64,000 nt of DNA from Escherichia phage PSD2001. Under the pieces are notes generated by a model. That model was not told the DNA's origin. It ran no database searches and worked only from the letters and a program-made list of their open reading frames with translations. Below, in pieces: positions 1-10,286 of this stretch. Both the position numbers and the translations under genes were made by a program. The DNA lies in sequence record OK254198.1; one strand, written 5' to 3'. The number at the start of each line of letters is the position of its first letter. Within the stretch, counting starts at the first letter, position 1.

Positions 1-1194
1 GAAGCAAACTATATTGGTGGGCTGAAACCTGTACAGGATTCGACAATTGTTATCGAATATCTTCGTACATCAGGGGCTGATGCAAATGGTGCAGTTGATT
101 TCAGCTATGCTGACTCCTTGTCTTATATCACAGTGGATAAAATTACTGAAAACTACAACGACGACCCTGATTATGTCGGTGCTGATGGTGGTGGTGACCC
201 GGAAGATATCGAACGAATCCGTGAACTGGCTGTTGTTAAACGTGAAGCACAGATGCGTGCTGTCACCGGGACGGATTATGATACCTTCGTATCCGAAAGA
301 TTTGGCTCAATCGTGCAAGCCGTACAGACGTTTACAGACGCAAATAAACCTGGGTATGCGTTTATATCAGTTAAGCCTAAATCGGGCTTGTATCTCACCG
401 CAGTGCAACGTGAGGACATCCAGAACTACCTTAGCGAGTTCAACGTATCAACAATTACACCATCGGTTATTTCTCCGGATTATTTGTTCCTTAAACATAA
501 TATCAAAGTATCTTATGCGCTGAACAAATTACAAGAATCTGAACAATGGTTGCAAGCACAAATCATTAATCAGATTGACCGTTATTATATCGATGAAGTT
601 GAAATCTTTAACAGAAGTTTTGCTAAGTCAAAAATGCTTACGTATGTGGATAATACTGACCATAGTATTCTTGGTTCATCTGCAACCATTTCGATGGTGC
701 GTGAAGTCCTGAACTTCTTTAAGACTCCAGAATCCGGCATTAAATACTATAACCAGTATGGCAACCGTTCAGTCGAATCAAGTGAATTTGAATTTGTTCC
801 GACCACGGGTGAAGCCTATAACGTTCGCATTGTTGCAACTGATAAAGATTCTCGTGGTGATGGTAAAATGGTAATTGGTCCATTCCGTCCAGGCGATGTT
901 ATTGAAAATGTAAACATCCAGCCTTACCTGCAAGATGACTTTAATAAAATGGAAGCTCCGGCTGACCAAACAGTTTATTACGCAATTGGCGAAATTGACT
1001 ATTACTCTGATTATATTTTTTGGGATATCGCTGCGATTGGATTGACCTCCGACCGCTTTGAAGTTCAATCAATCGAACTTTATGCAAGTCCCAACCAAGA
1101 TAATATATACACGCAAGATGGTTCACTGATTGTATTTGAGAATGACCTTCGTCCGCAATATACAAAGATTGACCTTGAACCAATTACACTATAA
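1..1194 (+). CDS. 6: Baseplate wedge protein gp6, C-terminal part (reading frame open to window start)
   Basis: Frame open from position 1 to stop at 1194; lies directly upstream of gp7 as in T4. Confidence 0.8.
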   Translation, partial: EANYIGGLKPVQDSTIVIEYLRTSGADANGAVDFSYADSLSYITVDKITENYNDDPDYVGADGGGDPEDIERIRELAVVKREAQMRAVTGTDYDTFVSERFGSIVQAVQTFTDANKPGYAFISVKPKSGLYLTAVQREDIQNYLSEFNVSTITPSVISPDYLFLKHNIKVSYALNKLQESEQWLQAQIINQIDRYYIDEVEIFNRSFAKSKMLTYVDNTDHSILGSSATISMVREVLNFFKTPESGIKYYNQYGNRSVESSEFEFVPTTGEAYNVRIVATDKDSRGDGKMVIGPFRPGDVIENVNIQPYLQDDFNKMEAPADQTVYYAIGEIDYYSDYIFWDIAAIGLTSDRFEVQSIELYASPNQDNIYTQDGSLIVFENDLRPQYTKIDLEPITL

Positions 1195-1213
1195 GCCTCT
1201 TCGGAGGCTTTTT
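1195..1213 (+). terminator. Hairpin GCCTCTTCGGAGGC plus T-run between genes 6 and 7
   Basis: Perfect 5-bp GC stem with TTCG loop followed by TTTTT. Confidence 0.5.
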
Positions 1214-1222
1214 AAGGAAACC

Positions 1223-4200
1223 ATGATGAGTGTTAAAGCCCCTTATGTAACCAGCTTACGGATTGATAAACTATCTGCTAACCAGGTTAGCATAAAATGG
1301 GATAATGTTGGCGCCAACTTTTATTATTTTGTTGAGATTGCTACGACAAAAGAAAATGGTGTTGCTATTCCAGAAGAAAATCTGTTATGGAGGAATTTAG
1401 GTTATACTCCAGACAATGAATGGTTCGAACAAGATTTTATTCGTCCAGTATCATTTTACAAAATGCGTGTTGCTGTTGCAGCAATGGGTTTTGAACAATC
1501 TGATTGGGTTTATACCGAAGAATTTGAAACCTTTGCAACTAACGCATACACATTTGAACACATGCGTGAGTTTACATTAACAAATAAATTCATCGAAGAA
1601 AAATTTACAAACAATAACCAAGCTTATATCAACTTTAATAATGATGCAATTATGGCATCGCTGATGTCTGAAGATTTTAGCTTTACTCCTGCATATTCTC
1701 ATTTGTCTTCAATTTCAAACTATGTATTAAAAGAAGACCAATACCACGAAATCCAGGGTAGCATTCAGCCAGTATGTAACGATGTTAATCGTACGATGAT
1801 TGCTGAACTCGGTGGTGTACTGTATTTGTTTGAACGATTCCAGACAACTGTCAAAGTCTCCAATGATAAAGGGCAGAACTGGTATTATGTAAAATTGTTT
1901 AATGACCGCATCGGCAACCCAGTATCGCGCACAATTTATTATCAATCAGATACGACAACTTATGTACTCGGATATGACCGAATTTTTTACGGCCGCAAAT
2001 CAAGTGACATAAGATGGTCTGCTGATGATGTTCGATTCAGTTCTCAGGATATAACATTTGCAAAAATTGGTTCGGATATCAATCTCGGATTTGATATTGA
2101 AATATTTGGCACATACGCAAGACTCCCGGCATACATCTCGACAATCGCTGAAGCAATTACTACGACCGATTCCATGATTTATGTTGCTGGTCGTGACCGC
2201 GTATACAAGGCTAAATCTTCTGATGCTCCAATTGATAACGACCCTAACTCCCCAACATTCGGTGAAAAATTATTTGAAGCTGGATATAGCACAATAAGCG
2301 GCAACCCAAAAGCTGTTTGTTACAAGATGGATTCAATTGACGGTGAAGTGTTTGCATTAATCACGGGTGAAGTAAAGGAAGAACGTCAAGACCCGACTAA
2401 GCCTGAAAACGTTGTCGATTCATTATCAAAGGGCGTTTATAAATTAAATACCGATACCGATACATGGACACGAGTTTTTGGCAATACAGAGGATGAACGC
2501 CGTCGTATTGAACATGGTTACACAAGCATGTCAACTGATGGAATTGAACTTTTTATCAGTTCAAGTAACTTTCGCTATTCCGTTGAGCCAGATACCGAAC
2601 TCCCTGCTAAGTATCCTGAAGAAGTTAACGAAGCAGTCAAATATGTGTATGATGAACAATGGATACATGACAAGCATTATTTGATGATGAGTTTTAGGTC
2701 GAATAAAGATTCAGGTTGGGAAGAGTTTAAACCTGGACGTATGTCATATTACGCTGAACCGTTCTTTAACTGGTCTCGCCGTGATGATACTCGTTGTTGG
2801 ATTACCACATCAGACAGAGCTCTGGTTGTATATAATGACATGCTGTATCAAAAGATTATCGATACCTTTGGTGGTTCATCCCCTGAACGTATTGTGCACG
2901 AATACTGGAATAAAGGTCAAGTAAAAGTTACTTCTCCTAACATCGAATTCAATGGCTTTAAAAAATATGCCTCGGGTATTATGTTACATAAAAATACTGG
3001 TGAGCTTATTGGTTATTTTGAATTTGACTATCGTATGCGTGATGAAGTTAGATTAATCTGGAAACCGAAAGAAGTTATGTTCACTGCAGAATTACAGAAC
3101 CAGGAACATGATATTCCATGGACCCCGGATAATGATGAACAAGAGAAAGACCCGGACTTGCGTCCTCTTTTAACAAAGATGGTTCCGGATAGTTATTTGC
3201 TCCAGGATAGCAACTTCGAAAAATTCTGTGAATATTATTTACAGTTTATCAGTGATGGTTCTGGCACATATTATAACAACCTTTTGAACTTGATTCGCAA
3301 CCAGTACCCACGCGAGGAAGATGCATGGGAATACCTTTGGAGTGAAATGTACAAAAGAAATATATATTTGTCAAAGACCAAGCGTGACGAAGTAGTTCGT
3401 TTCTTTGAAGCAAGACAGTCTGATTTTTGGGCAACCAAGGGGACTGAAGCATCCTATAAGTTTTTATTCAAATTGTTATATAATGAAGACGTTGAAATCG
3501 ATATTGAATCCAAGAACGGAACCGAGTATGACATAATCGTCGAATCTGATAATATCAGCGAAGATATTGTTGGGCAAACAATTTACACACCAACTGGCCG
3601 CAGTAACGTTACCTATATGGAGCGTGACTACAAACAGGGTAAATTGAGATGGCGTATCACAATTCATAACTTGCTTGGTCGCTTTATTGTTGGGCAAGAA
3701 ATTAAATCCGAAAGGACTTCCTTTGAAGGCATGATTGTTCAGGGCGTTCGCGGGAAAGAATTACTTAGCAATAACATCGATTATATCAACCGAAATCGTT
3801 CTTACTATGTAATGACCATTAAATCAAGTCTCCCAACATCTCGTTATCGTAATGACGTATTGCGATTTGTTCATCCGGTTGGATTTGGATTCGTTGGAAT
3901 TACATTATTGACAATGTTTGTTAATGCTGGTCTGTCATTAAAACACACAGAAACCATTATCAATAAACTGAACAACTATCGTTGGTCGTCGGGTATTCCG
4001 TCAGAATGGTGTGACCGTATCGCAGTTATTGGAGCCGATGGAAACATTGAGCATAATGCTGTTACAGGCGAAGCAGTATATAATATTGCTCCTAACGCAG
4101 GTTTACCGTTCCCATTACCGGCAGATTATGATGCCGAAAACGATTTTTCAGATTTTCATGGGACTCTCCCGTCTGAACGTCGTAAAAAATACAGTCCATT

Positions 4201-4321
4201 GTTTGACCAGTCCGCCGTGACTTTTGCTAACTGGCGCAATTTGGTTAATCAACGTCTTAAGGATGATATTGGTAATCCACGCGACCCGAAAGACCCAACA
4301 CAGGTAAAGGTAAATGAATAA
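1223..4321 (+). CDS. 7: Baseplate wedge protein gp7
   Basis: About 1032 aa from ATG at 1223 (AAGGAAA upstream); size and position match T4 gp7; N-terminus resembles T4 gp7. Confidence 0.9.
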   Translation: MMSVKAPYVTSLRIDKLSANQVSIKWDNVGANFYYFVEIATTKENGVAIPEENLLWRNLGYTPDNEWFEQDFIRPVSFYKMRVAVAAMGFEQSDWVYTEEFETFATNAYTFEHMREFTLTNKFIEEKFTNNNQAYINFNNDAIMASLMSEDFSFTPAYSHLSSISNYVLKEDQYHEIQGSIQPVCNDVNRTMIAELGGVLYLFERFQTTVKVSNDKGQNWYYVKLFNDRIGNPVSRTIYYQSDTTTYVLGYDRIFYGRKSSDIRWSADDVRFSSQDITFAKIGSDINLGFDIEIFGTYARLPAYISTIAEAITTTDSMIYVAGRDRVYKAKSSDAPIDNDPNSPTFGEKLFEAGYSTISGNPKAVCYKMDSIDGEVFALITGEVKEERQDPTKPENVVDSLSKGVYKLNTDTDTWTRVFGNTEDERRRIEHGYTSMSTDGIELFISSSNFRYSVEPDTELPAKYPEEVNEAVKYVYDEQWIHDKHYLMMSFRSNKDSGWEEFKPGRMSYYAEPFFNWSRRDDTRCWITTSDRALVVYNDMLYQKIIDTFGGSSPERIVHEYWNKGQVKVTSPNIEFNGFKKYASGIMLHKNTGELIGYFEFDYRMRDEVRLIWKPKEVMFTAELQNQEHDIPWTPDNDEQEKDPDLRPLLTKMVPDSYLLQDSNFEKFCEYYLQFISDGSGTYYNNLLNLIRNQYPREEDAWEYLWSEMYKRNIYLSKTKRDEVVRFFEARQSDFWATKGTEASYKFLFKLLYNEDVEIDIESKNGTEYDIIVESDNISEDIVGQTIYTPTGRSNVTYMERDYKQGKLRWRITIHNLLGRFIVGQEIKSERTSFEGMIVQGVRGKELLSNNIDYINRNRSYYVMTIKSSLPTSRYRNDVLRFVHPVGFGFVGITLLTMFVNAGLSLKHTETIINKLNNYRWSSGIPSEWCDRIAVIGADGNIEHNAVTGEAVYNIAPNAGLPFPLPADYDAENDFSDFHGTLPSERRKKYSPLFDQSAVTFANWRNLVNQRLKDDIGNPRDPKDPTQVKVNE

Positions 4322-5318
4322 TTCATCTGTAGTTTATCGTTCGATAATTACCTCGAAATTTCGAACTGAAAAAATGTATAACTTTTATAAAATGATTGGT
4401 AATGAGCCCGACCAGAATACGATGTATGTAACGTTCGGTCGTGCTGAACCCTGGGCTTCGAATGAGAATGACCCGGGGTTCGCCCCTCCTTATCCGGTTG
4501 ACACAGCACAAGGTGTTGAAGATACTTGGACAAATATGATGGGTGCAGTCAAAGTTTATAAGTCAATGCTTGATTGTGTTGTCCCACGTAAAGACTGGGG
4601 CGATATCAGATATCCTAATCCGCTTAACTTCCAGGTAGGGGAAATTGTTGTAGCTAACAGTGCTCCATATAACCGAACTGATGTTGGTAAAGGTTGGATG
4701 GTTTATCGTTGTGTAGACGTTCCTGATGTTGGGACTTGCTCCATTTATTCTATTATCAATAAAGAAGAGTGTTTAAAACTCGGTGGTAAATGGACTGCAG
4801 AATATAACTCGACGAGAGCTCCAGCTGGGACTGGTGATACAGAAGGACGAGTAGATATGGGCGATGGTTATCTCTGGGAATATTTGTATGAGATTCCACC
4901 TGATGTATCCATCAACCGTTGTACTAACGAATATATTGTTGTTCCATGGCCTGAAGAAATCGAAGAAGACCCATCACGTTGGGGCTACAAAGACAATATC
5001 AGCTGGCAACAAGATGATTTCGGTTTAATATACAGAATCAAAGGATATACAATCAGATTTAAAGCATTTATGGATTCCATTTATTTCCCAGAGTTCAGCC
5101 TCCCGGGGAACAAAGGCTTCCGCCAGCTGTCGATTATATCCAACCCACTTGAAGTTAAAGTACATCCTAATGACCCAAATATCAAAGCAATCAAAGAATA
5201 CTACGATGCAATTGATTTGGACCGTCATTCCGGGGAAATGATTTATATGGAAAACCGTCCACCGATTATTCGTGCAATGGACCAGACAGAAGAAGTTAAC
5301 ATTATTTTTGAATTCTAA
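4314..5318 (+). CDS. 8: Baseplate wedge protein gp8
   Basis: 334 aa, same length as T4 gp8; N-terminus MNNSSVVYRSIITSKFRTEKM closely matches T4 gp8. Confidence 0.92.
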   Translation: MNNSSVVYRSIITSKFRTEKMYNFYKMIGNEPDQNTMYVTFGRAEPWASNENDPGFAPPYPVDTAQGVEDTWTNMMGAVKVYKSMLDCVVPRKDWGDIRYPNPLNFQVGEIVVANSAPYNRTDVGKGWMVYRCVDVPDVGTCSIYSIINKEECLKLGGKWTAEYNSTRAPAGTGDTEGRVDMGDGYLWEYLYEIPPDVSINRCTNEYIVVPWPEEIEEDPSRWGYKDNISWQQDDFGLIYRIKGYTIRFKAFMDSIYFPEFSLPGNKGFRQLSIISNPLEVKVHPNDPNIKAIKEYYDAIDLDRHSGEMIYMENRPPIIRAMDQTEEVNIIFEF

Positions 5319-5321
5319 CAA

Positions 5322-5343
5322 GGGACCTTCGGGTCCCTTTTTT
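5322..5343 (+). terminator. Rho-independent terminator after gene 8
   Basis: GGGACCTTCGGGTCCC hairpin followed by TTTTTT. Confidence 0.7.
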
Positions 5344-5347
5344 ATTC

Positions 5348-5355
5348 TATAAATA
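5348..5355 (+). promoter_or_regulatory. T4-type late promoter (TATAAATA) for gene 9
   Basis: Exact TATAAATA 28 nt upstream of the gp9 ATG. Confidence 0.6.
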
Positions 5356-5382
5356 TAGCTATATCAATAACGAGGCTTACCT

Positions 5383-6252
5383 ATGATTAATCAAACCCCA
5401 AAATTATTAGTAGACATCGGCGAGATTGGTAACGCCAGCACCGGTGATATTCTATATGAAGGCGGTCGTAAACTGAACGTGGATTTAGACAGTTTGTATA
5501 ATACATTCGGCGACCAGCGTCTGTACTCTGTGAACAATGGAGAAAACTCCCAGGTACTTCATGCGACTGGCTACTATCAAAAAGCCACAAATATCATCGA
5601 ATGGAACTCGACTGTTGCTCTCGGTTCTATGCGAGATGTCAATACTGCCGAAGGTGTTATCACTGCAAGAATTGCAAAAGGTAAAGCAGGCGAAGGTGTT
5701 ATCTTTATTAACTCCAATGGTTCATTATCCACCTCGATGCCTCTGGAAGTTGAATTACAAGGCACGGATTCATTCCTGACTGCTGCAACGAACAAAATGA
5801 AATTTACTCAGCCTTATACAAAAATTACATTGTGGTGTATTGACGATGCTAACGGTGTAGGGACCTGGGACTACAAAATTGAAAGTATGTTTGGCAACCA
5901 ATCTGTATTGCTCGACAAAACATACAATATGAGCTCGGTTGTTCGTGATATTCCACTTGCTTTCCGCGCAGATTATAAAACTATCAAATTGATGCTGACA
6001 GCTATTTCAACAGACGAAACTAAATACAAAGCATCAGAAATATTACTTTACATCGACCTTAAGGACCGCAAGGTATATAGCACAGAATACGCTGTAATCA
6101 GACGTGGACAAACTAATGAAGAAGATGAGATATATGCCATCGATTTTAGAATTGATAACCAGGATATCATTCAGGCGGCTATAAGCTCACCCACTGCCAT
6201 GAAGCTCGCTATTAAAGTAATTTCCGCCCAAACAATCGGAGTACCGGTATAA
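5383..6252 (+). CDS. 9: Baseplate wedge protein gp9 (long tail fibre socket)
   Basis: 289 aa vs 288 aa in T4; synteny between 8 and 10. Confidence 0.9.
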   Translation: MINQTPKLLVDIGEIGNASTGDILYEGGRKLNVDLDSLYNTFGDQRLYSVNNGENSQVLHATGYYQKATNIIEWNSTVALGSMRDVNTAEGVITARIAKGKAGEGVIFINSNGSLSTSMPLEVELQGTDSFLTAATNKMKFTQPYTKITLWCIDDANGVGTWDYKIESMFGNQSVLLDKTYNMSSVVRDIPLAFRADYKTIKLMLTAISTDETKYKASEILLYIDLKDRKVYSTEYAVIRRGQTNEEDEIYAIDFRIDNQDIIQAAISSPTAMKLAIKVISAQTIGVPV

Positions 6253-8063
6253 TGAAACAGAATTTAAAAATTGGCAATATGGTTGATGATGGTACTGGTG
6301 ATTACCTTCGTCTCGGCGGTCAAAAAATAAACAATAACTTTGACGACCTTTATTATCAGCTGGGTGACGGTGAAAATCCTCATGCGGCTGGTGCATGGAA
6401 AACTTGGACTACACAAGAAGGCACCGAGTTGTCTGCTGTTATGGGTCGAAGCTATACTATCGATACATCAGCCGGTGCGGTTCGAGTCGTCCTCCCGAAA
6501 GGAACAACTCAAGAATACAATTATGTAATTCGATTGCGTGATGTGTTTGCTACCTGGCAAATCAACCCGGTGACAATTGTTCCTGCAGTCGGGGATACGA
6601 TTAAAGGCTCACCAAATCCAGTAGAAATTAAACGCAACTTAGCTGACCTTGAACTTGTATATTGTTCACCAGGTCGTTGGGAATATATCGATAATAAACA
6701 AGTCGATAAAATTTCAAATAACGACGTTGCTACGGTTGCATCCCAACAGTTTATTGCTACCGAAGGGCAAACTGACTTTATCAATGTGTTTGGTGCTATT
6801 CCGTATAGCGTATCGAACTTAGAAGTCAAACATCGTGGTAACGACCTGTTTTATGGTAAAGATGATATTTTCGACCCGGTGAATGCTGAATTTGGTTCCC
6901 CTGGTGCAAACCCTGGTGAAATCGTTGCGCTTGATGGTAAAAGCATCCGTCTGAAAATGCCATGTGCTGAAGGTGATACTGTTATCATCCGAACATTTAA
7001 TGATGGTATTGCTCAATGGCGTAGTTCGTATAATCGTCGTGATATACTTGTTCGTAGTCAAGACAGGGCCAAAGAAACAACAATTAATGGCTCTTTGATT
7101 GTTACGGATTTGACAACCAAACACACCTTTACAATTGAAGAACTTGGTATTTCTCCGGGTAGCCCAATTAACCCAAACGCATGTCAGGTATTCATTAACA
7201 GTATTTTACAACACCAAGCCGGGACCGCAGGAACTCCAGTATTTTATTGCGAAGGTGCACAAGGTTCTACTGCTGCAGAATGTAGTGCAAATGGTGGTAG
7301 CTGGTCTGAATCGACCCAGGATTATTTGCTGCAATTTGATGATGATAACCGTATCGAAGGCATTAGCATTTATCGTGAATTTGAAGACGGTGATATTCTG
7401 TCGGTCATTTGGTACAATAACGATATCGGCACAACTATGACCATGGATGAAATCCGTGATGAGACTGATACTCTTTATGTTTCTCAGGGAAATACATTGA
7501 GCCTAACCGGTCGTGTGCGTATCACAGATTTTGATAATCCGTTTGCACCAAACGTTGAACCAGTCGGTCTTCAGGAAGTTGTTCCATCTTCTGTTGGCGC
7601 TATCTTTGAATTATTCTATCCGGTTGGCACAATTTACGAAAATACGGTTAACCCGAATAACCCGGTTACTTATATGGGATTCGGTTCATGGAAACGTTTG
7701 AAAGAACGTGTAATCGTTGCCTGGTCTGATGACCCTGCCTCAAACTTCCATACAAACAATAATGACCTGGATTCTGGTGGTAACCCACAAGCGACAGCGG
7801 GTGGCACAGGTGGTAGTGTTGAAGTTCATATTAAAGATATAAATGTACCTAAACTTGAAACCGATGAGAAAGTATTAGTTGTTGATGATAATGGTCCGAT
7901 TGTTGTCGGCGGTTGTCAGGTAGACCCAGATGCACAAGGTCCAGCCTATACCAAATACAGAGAAGACAAAGTCACTATTAATCAGGCACAAGACCCTCAA
8001 GCTCAACCGGTTTATACAATGCCTCCATATTTGATTGCTCATCGCTGGGTAAGGATTGCTTAA
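6252..8063 (+). CDS. 10: Baseplate wedge protein gp10
   Basis: 603 aa vs 602 aa in T4; start overlaps gp9 stop (TAATG). Confidence 0.9.
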   Translation: MKQNLKIGNMVDDGTGDYLRLGGQKINNNFDDLYYQLGDGENPHAAGAWKTWTTQEGTELSAVMGRSYTIDTSAGAVRVVLPKGTTQEYNYVIRLRDVFATWQINPVTIVPAVGDTIKGSPNPVEIKRNLADLELVYCSPGRWEYIDNKQVDKISNNDVATVASQQFIATEGQTDFINVFGAIPYSVSNLEVKHRGNDLFYGKDDIFDPVNAEFGSPGANPGEIVALDGKSIRLKMPCAEGDTVIIRTFNDGIAQWRSSYNRRDILVRSQDRAKETTINGSLIVTDLTTKHTFTIEELGISPGSPINPNACQVFINSILQHQAGTAGTPVFYCEGAQGSTAAECSANGGSWSESTQDYLLQFDDDNRIEGISIYREFEDGDILSVIWYNNDIGTTMTMDEIRDETDTLYVSQGNTLSLTGRVRITDFDNPFAPNVEPVGLQEVVPSSVGAIFELFYPVGTIYENTVNPNNPVTYMGFGSWKRLKERVIVAWSDDPASNFHTNNNDLDSGGNPQATAGGTGGSVEVHIKDINVPKLETDEKVLVVDDNGPIVVGGCQVDPDAQGPAYTKYREDKVTINQAQDPQAQPVYTMPPYLIAHRWVRIA

Positions 8064-8728
8064 TGAAAACATTAACGAATAAAAAGGCTGGAGTAATTTC
8101 CCGCCTTGCTAGTTACTTAGAATTTCAAAATACATCAAAAAATATTACGGCTGTCATGGGTCAACGAGCAATCGGCGGCCCATCCGCAACACAAACAACC
8201 GAGGGTATTTTTTATCCAACAGTTCAGAGCGCAATAGATGATATTGCGTTTCGATATGAGCTTCCGGTTGGCAGTGTAATTACTAATACGAATAACCTTT
8301 CTCCTGCAGCAATCAGCCAGTCGGATAAAATTAAATTTACCGGGTCTATTTCTGGTGCTGGGGTTGGTGATACTGTTTTGTTTTTCATTTTTGGTATTCC
8401 AGTTGAGGTTATTGTCGGGGATTCGGCTGTATTAGTTGCTTCCAAGGTTAACGATGCTTTGCTGACGGCTGTTGCTGATAGCTTAATCGTGTCAAGCTCT
8501 GCAATTGATAGTGTGGACCAGTCTATATTAAATATTACATATAACGACTACCAAAACCATAATTTTGCACCTTTTGCTCAATATGGTTGTACGCTTAGCC
8601 AGACTATTACACAGCAACCGCGCGGTGGTTATGGTTCCTGGGAATATCTTGGAACTTCAACCCAGACATTATCAGGTGGCACAGCAAATGGCGCAATTTC
8701 ACTTTACCATTATAAGCGAGTATCGTAA
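8063..8728 (+). CDS. 11: Baseplate wedge protein gp11 (short tail fibre attachment)
   Basis: 221 aa vs 219 aa in T4; translationally coupled to 10 and 12. Confidence 0.9.
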   Translation: MKTLTNKKAGVISRLASYLEFQNTSKNITAVMGQRAIGGPSATQTTEGIFYPTVQSAIDDIAFRYELPVGSVITNTNNLSPAAISQSDKIKFTGSISGAGVGDTVLFFIFGIPVEVIVGDSAVLVASKVNDALLTAVADSLIVSSSAIDSVDQSILNITYNDYQNHNFAPFAQYGCTLSQTITQQPRGGYGSWEYLGTSTQTLSGGTANGAISLYHYKRVS

Positions 8729-10278
8729 TGACAACGACTAACACGCTAAAACACATTAGCGATAAATCCGAATATAAAACATTCGACCCGACGGGAACAG
8801 CTTTCCCGTCGACTGTTACCAACGTACAAGAGGCTTTAGGGTCTCTTAATAAAATTGCGTTAGATGGATATATCCCAGCCTCTTCCGAAACGACCGCAGG
8901 GCTCATCAGACTAGCCACCACACAAGAAGTTATTGATGGTATTAGTCCAGACTCTGCAGTTACTCCAGCGACCTTAAAAGCTCGTTTAGACATCCCTACG
9001 CAAGCCACAGAAACTTATGTCGGTATTACCCGTTATGCAACTAATGCCGAAGCAATTGCCGGAACAGTAACCGATGCGGCTATTGTTCCATCTTCATTAA
9101 AAGCAACAATTGATGATGTTTTTACTGTTCGTGTCGGTACTGAAAATAACCTGGGTGTTCTTCGTATTAGTACCGAGGATGCAGCTTTAGCTGGTACAGA
9201 TGATACAACCGCTATGTCTCCGTTGAAAGTTGCTCTGGCAATTGGCAAAGCAACAGCAGCTCTTCCGACTTATTCAACTGCCACACAAACTGTTTCTGGT
9301 TTAGTACGAATTGCTACAAATGCTGAAGTGCAAGCAGGAACCCTGGGCGACGGTGTAGCAATTTCTCCGGCAGGTTTAAATGCTCGCACAGCAACACAAG
9401 ACCGCACAGGGATTATTCGTCTGGGCAACCAGTCAGAGATTAATAACAGTGCTGATGGTGTTGCAGTAACTGGCGCAACTCTTAATGGTCGTGGTGCTAC
9501 AACCGATATTCGTGGCGTTGTTAGATTAACTACTCAGGCTGGGGTTGCTCCTGGTGGTGATGGTGCCGGTGCACTGGCTTGGAACGCAGATGTAATCAAC
9601 ACTCGCGGTGGTCAACGAATTAATGGAAGTCTTTCTTTAGATTATATTTCCACCGGCAATTTTGATTCCAATACAGCTCATATGGGCGGTCAATTACTTT
9701 CGACACAGCGTTATGCTTCTGAACGGGTTCCAGTTGGAACGGTGATGATGTTCGCAGGTGATAGTGCTCCTCCTGGCTGGATTATGTGTCATGGTGGCAC
9801 CGTTAATGGTGACCAATTCCCTGACTATCGAAATACTGTTGGAACTCGTTTCGGTGGCGATTGGACCAACGTCGGTATTCCTGATATGCGTGGTTTGTTT
9901 GTTCGTGGTGCTGGTACCGGTGGACATATTCTGAATAACCGCGGTCAAGATGGTTATGGCAAAGACCGTTTGGGTGTTGGTTGTGATGGTTCATGGGTCG
10001 GTGGTGTACAAGCTCAGCAAATGTCATATCATAAACACGCGGGTGGTTGGGGTGAATACCAACGTAACGAAGCCCCATTTGGTGCATCAGTTTATCAGGG
10101 TTATCTGGGCACAAGAAAATATGCAGACTGGGATAACGCTTCATATTTTACTAACGATGGATTTGAACTCGGTGGCGGCAGAGATGCTTTAGGTACGTTA
10201 AACCGTGAAGGTCTTATTGGTTATGAAACTCGCCCATGGAATATGTCTTTAAACTATATTATCAAAATTCATTACTAA
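8728..10278 (+). CDS. 12: Short tail fibre protein gp12
   Basis: 516 aa; N-terminus (KFDPTGTAFP..., ATTQEVIDG...VTPATL) resembles T4 gp12; repetitive Gly/Thr/Ala-rich shaft. Confidence 0.9.
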   Translation: MTTTNTLKHISDKSEYKTFDPTGTAFPSTVTNVQEALGSLNKIALDGYIPASSETTAGLIRLATTQEVIDGISPDSAVTPATLKARLDIPTQATETYVGITRYATNAEAIAGTVTDAAIVPSSLKATIDDVFTVRVGTENNLGVLRISTEDAALAGTDDTTAMSPLKVALAIGKATAALPTYSTATQTVSGLVRIATNAEVQAGTLGDGVAISPAGLNARTATQDRTGIIRLGNQSEINNSADGVAVTGATLNGRGATTDIRGVVRLTTQAGVAPGGDGAGALAWNADVINTRGGQRINGSLSLDYISTGNFDSNTAHMGGQLLSTQRYASERVPVGTVMMFAGDSAPPGWIMCHGGTVNGDQFPDYRNTVGTRFGGDWTNVGIPDMRGLFVRGAGTGGHILNNRGQDGYGKDRLGVGCDGSWVGGVQAQQMSYHKHAGGWGEYQRNEAPFGASVYQGYLGTRKYADWDNASYFTNDGFELGGGRDALGTLNREGLIGYETRPWNMSLNYIIKIHY

Positions 10279-10286
10279 GGACCAAA

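Noticed and set aside
47-523. 158-aa plus-strand ORF at the window start
   Set aside because: Lies in a different frame entirely inside the gp6 coding region; low-complexity translation; treated as an overlapping shadow ORF.
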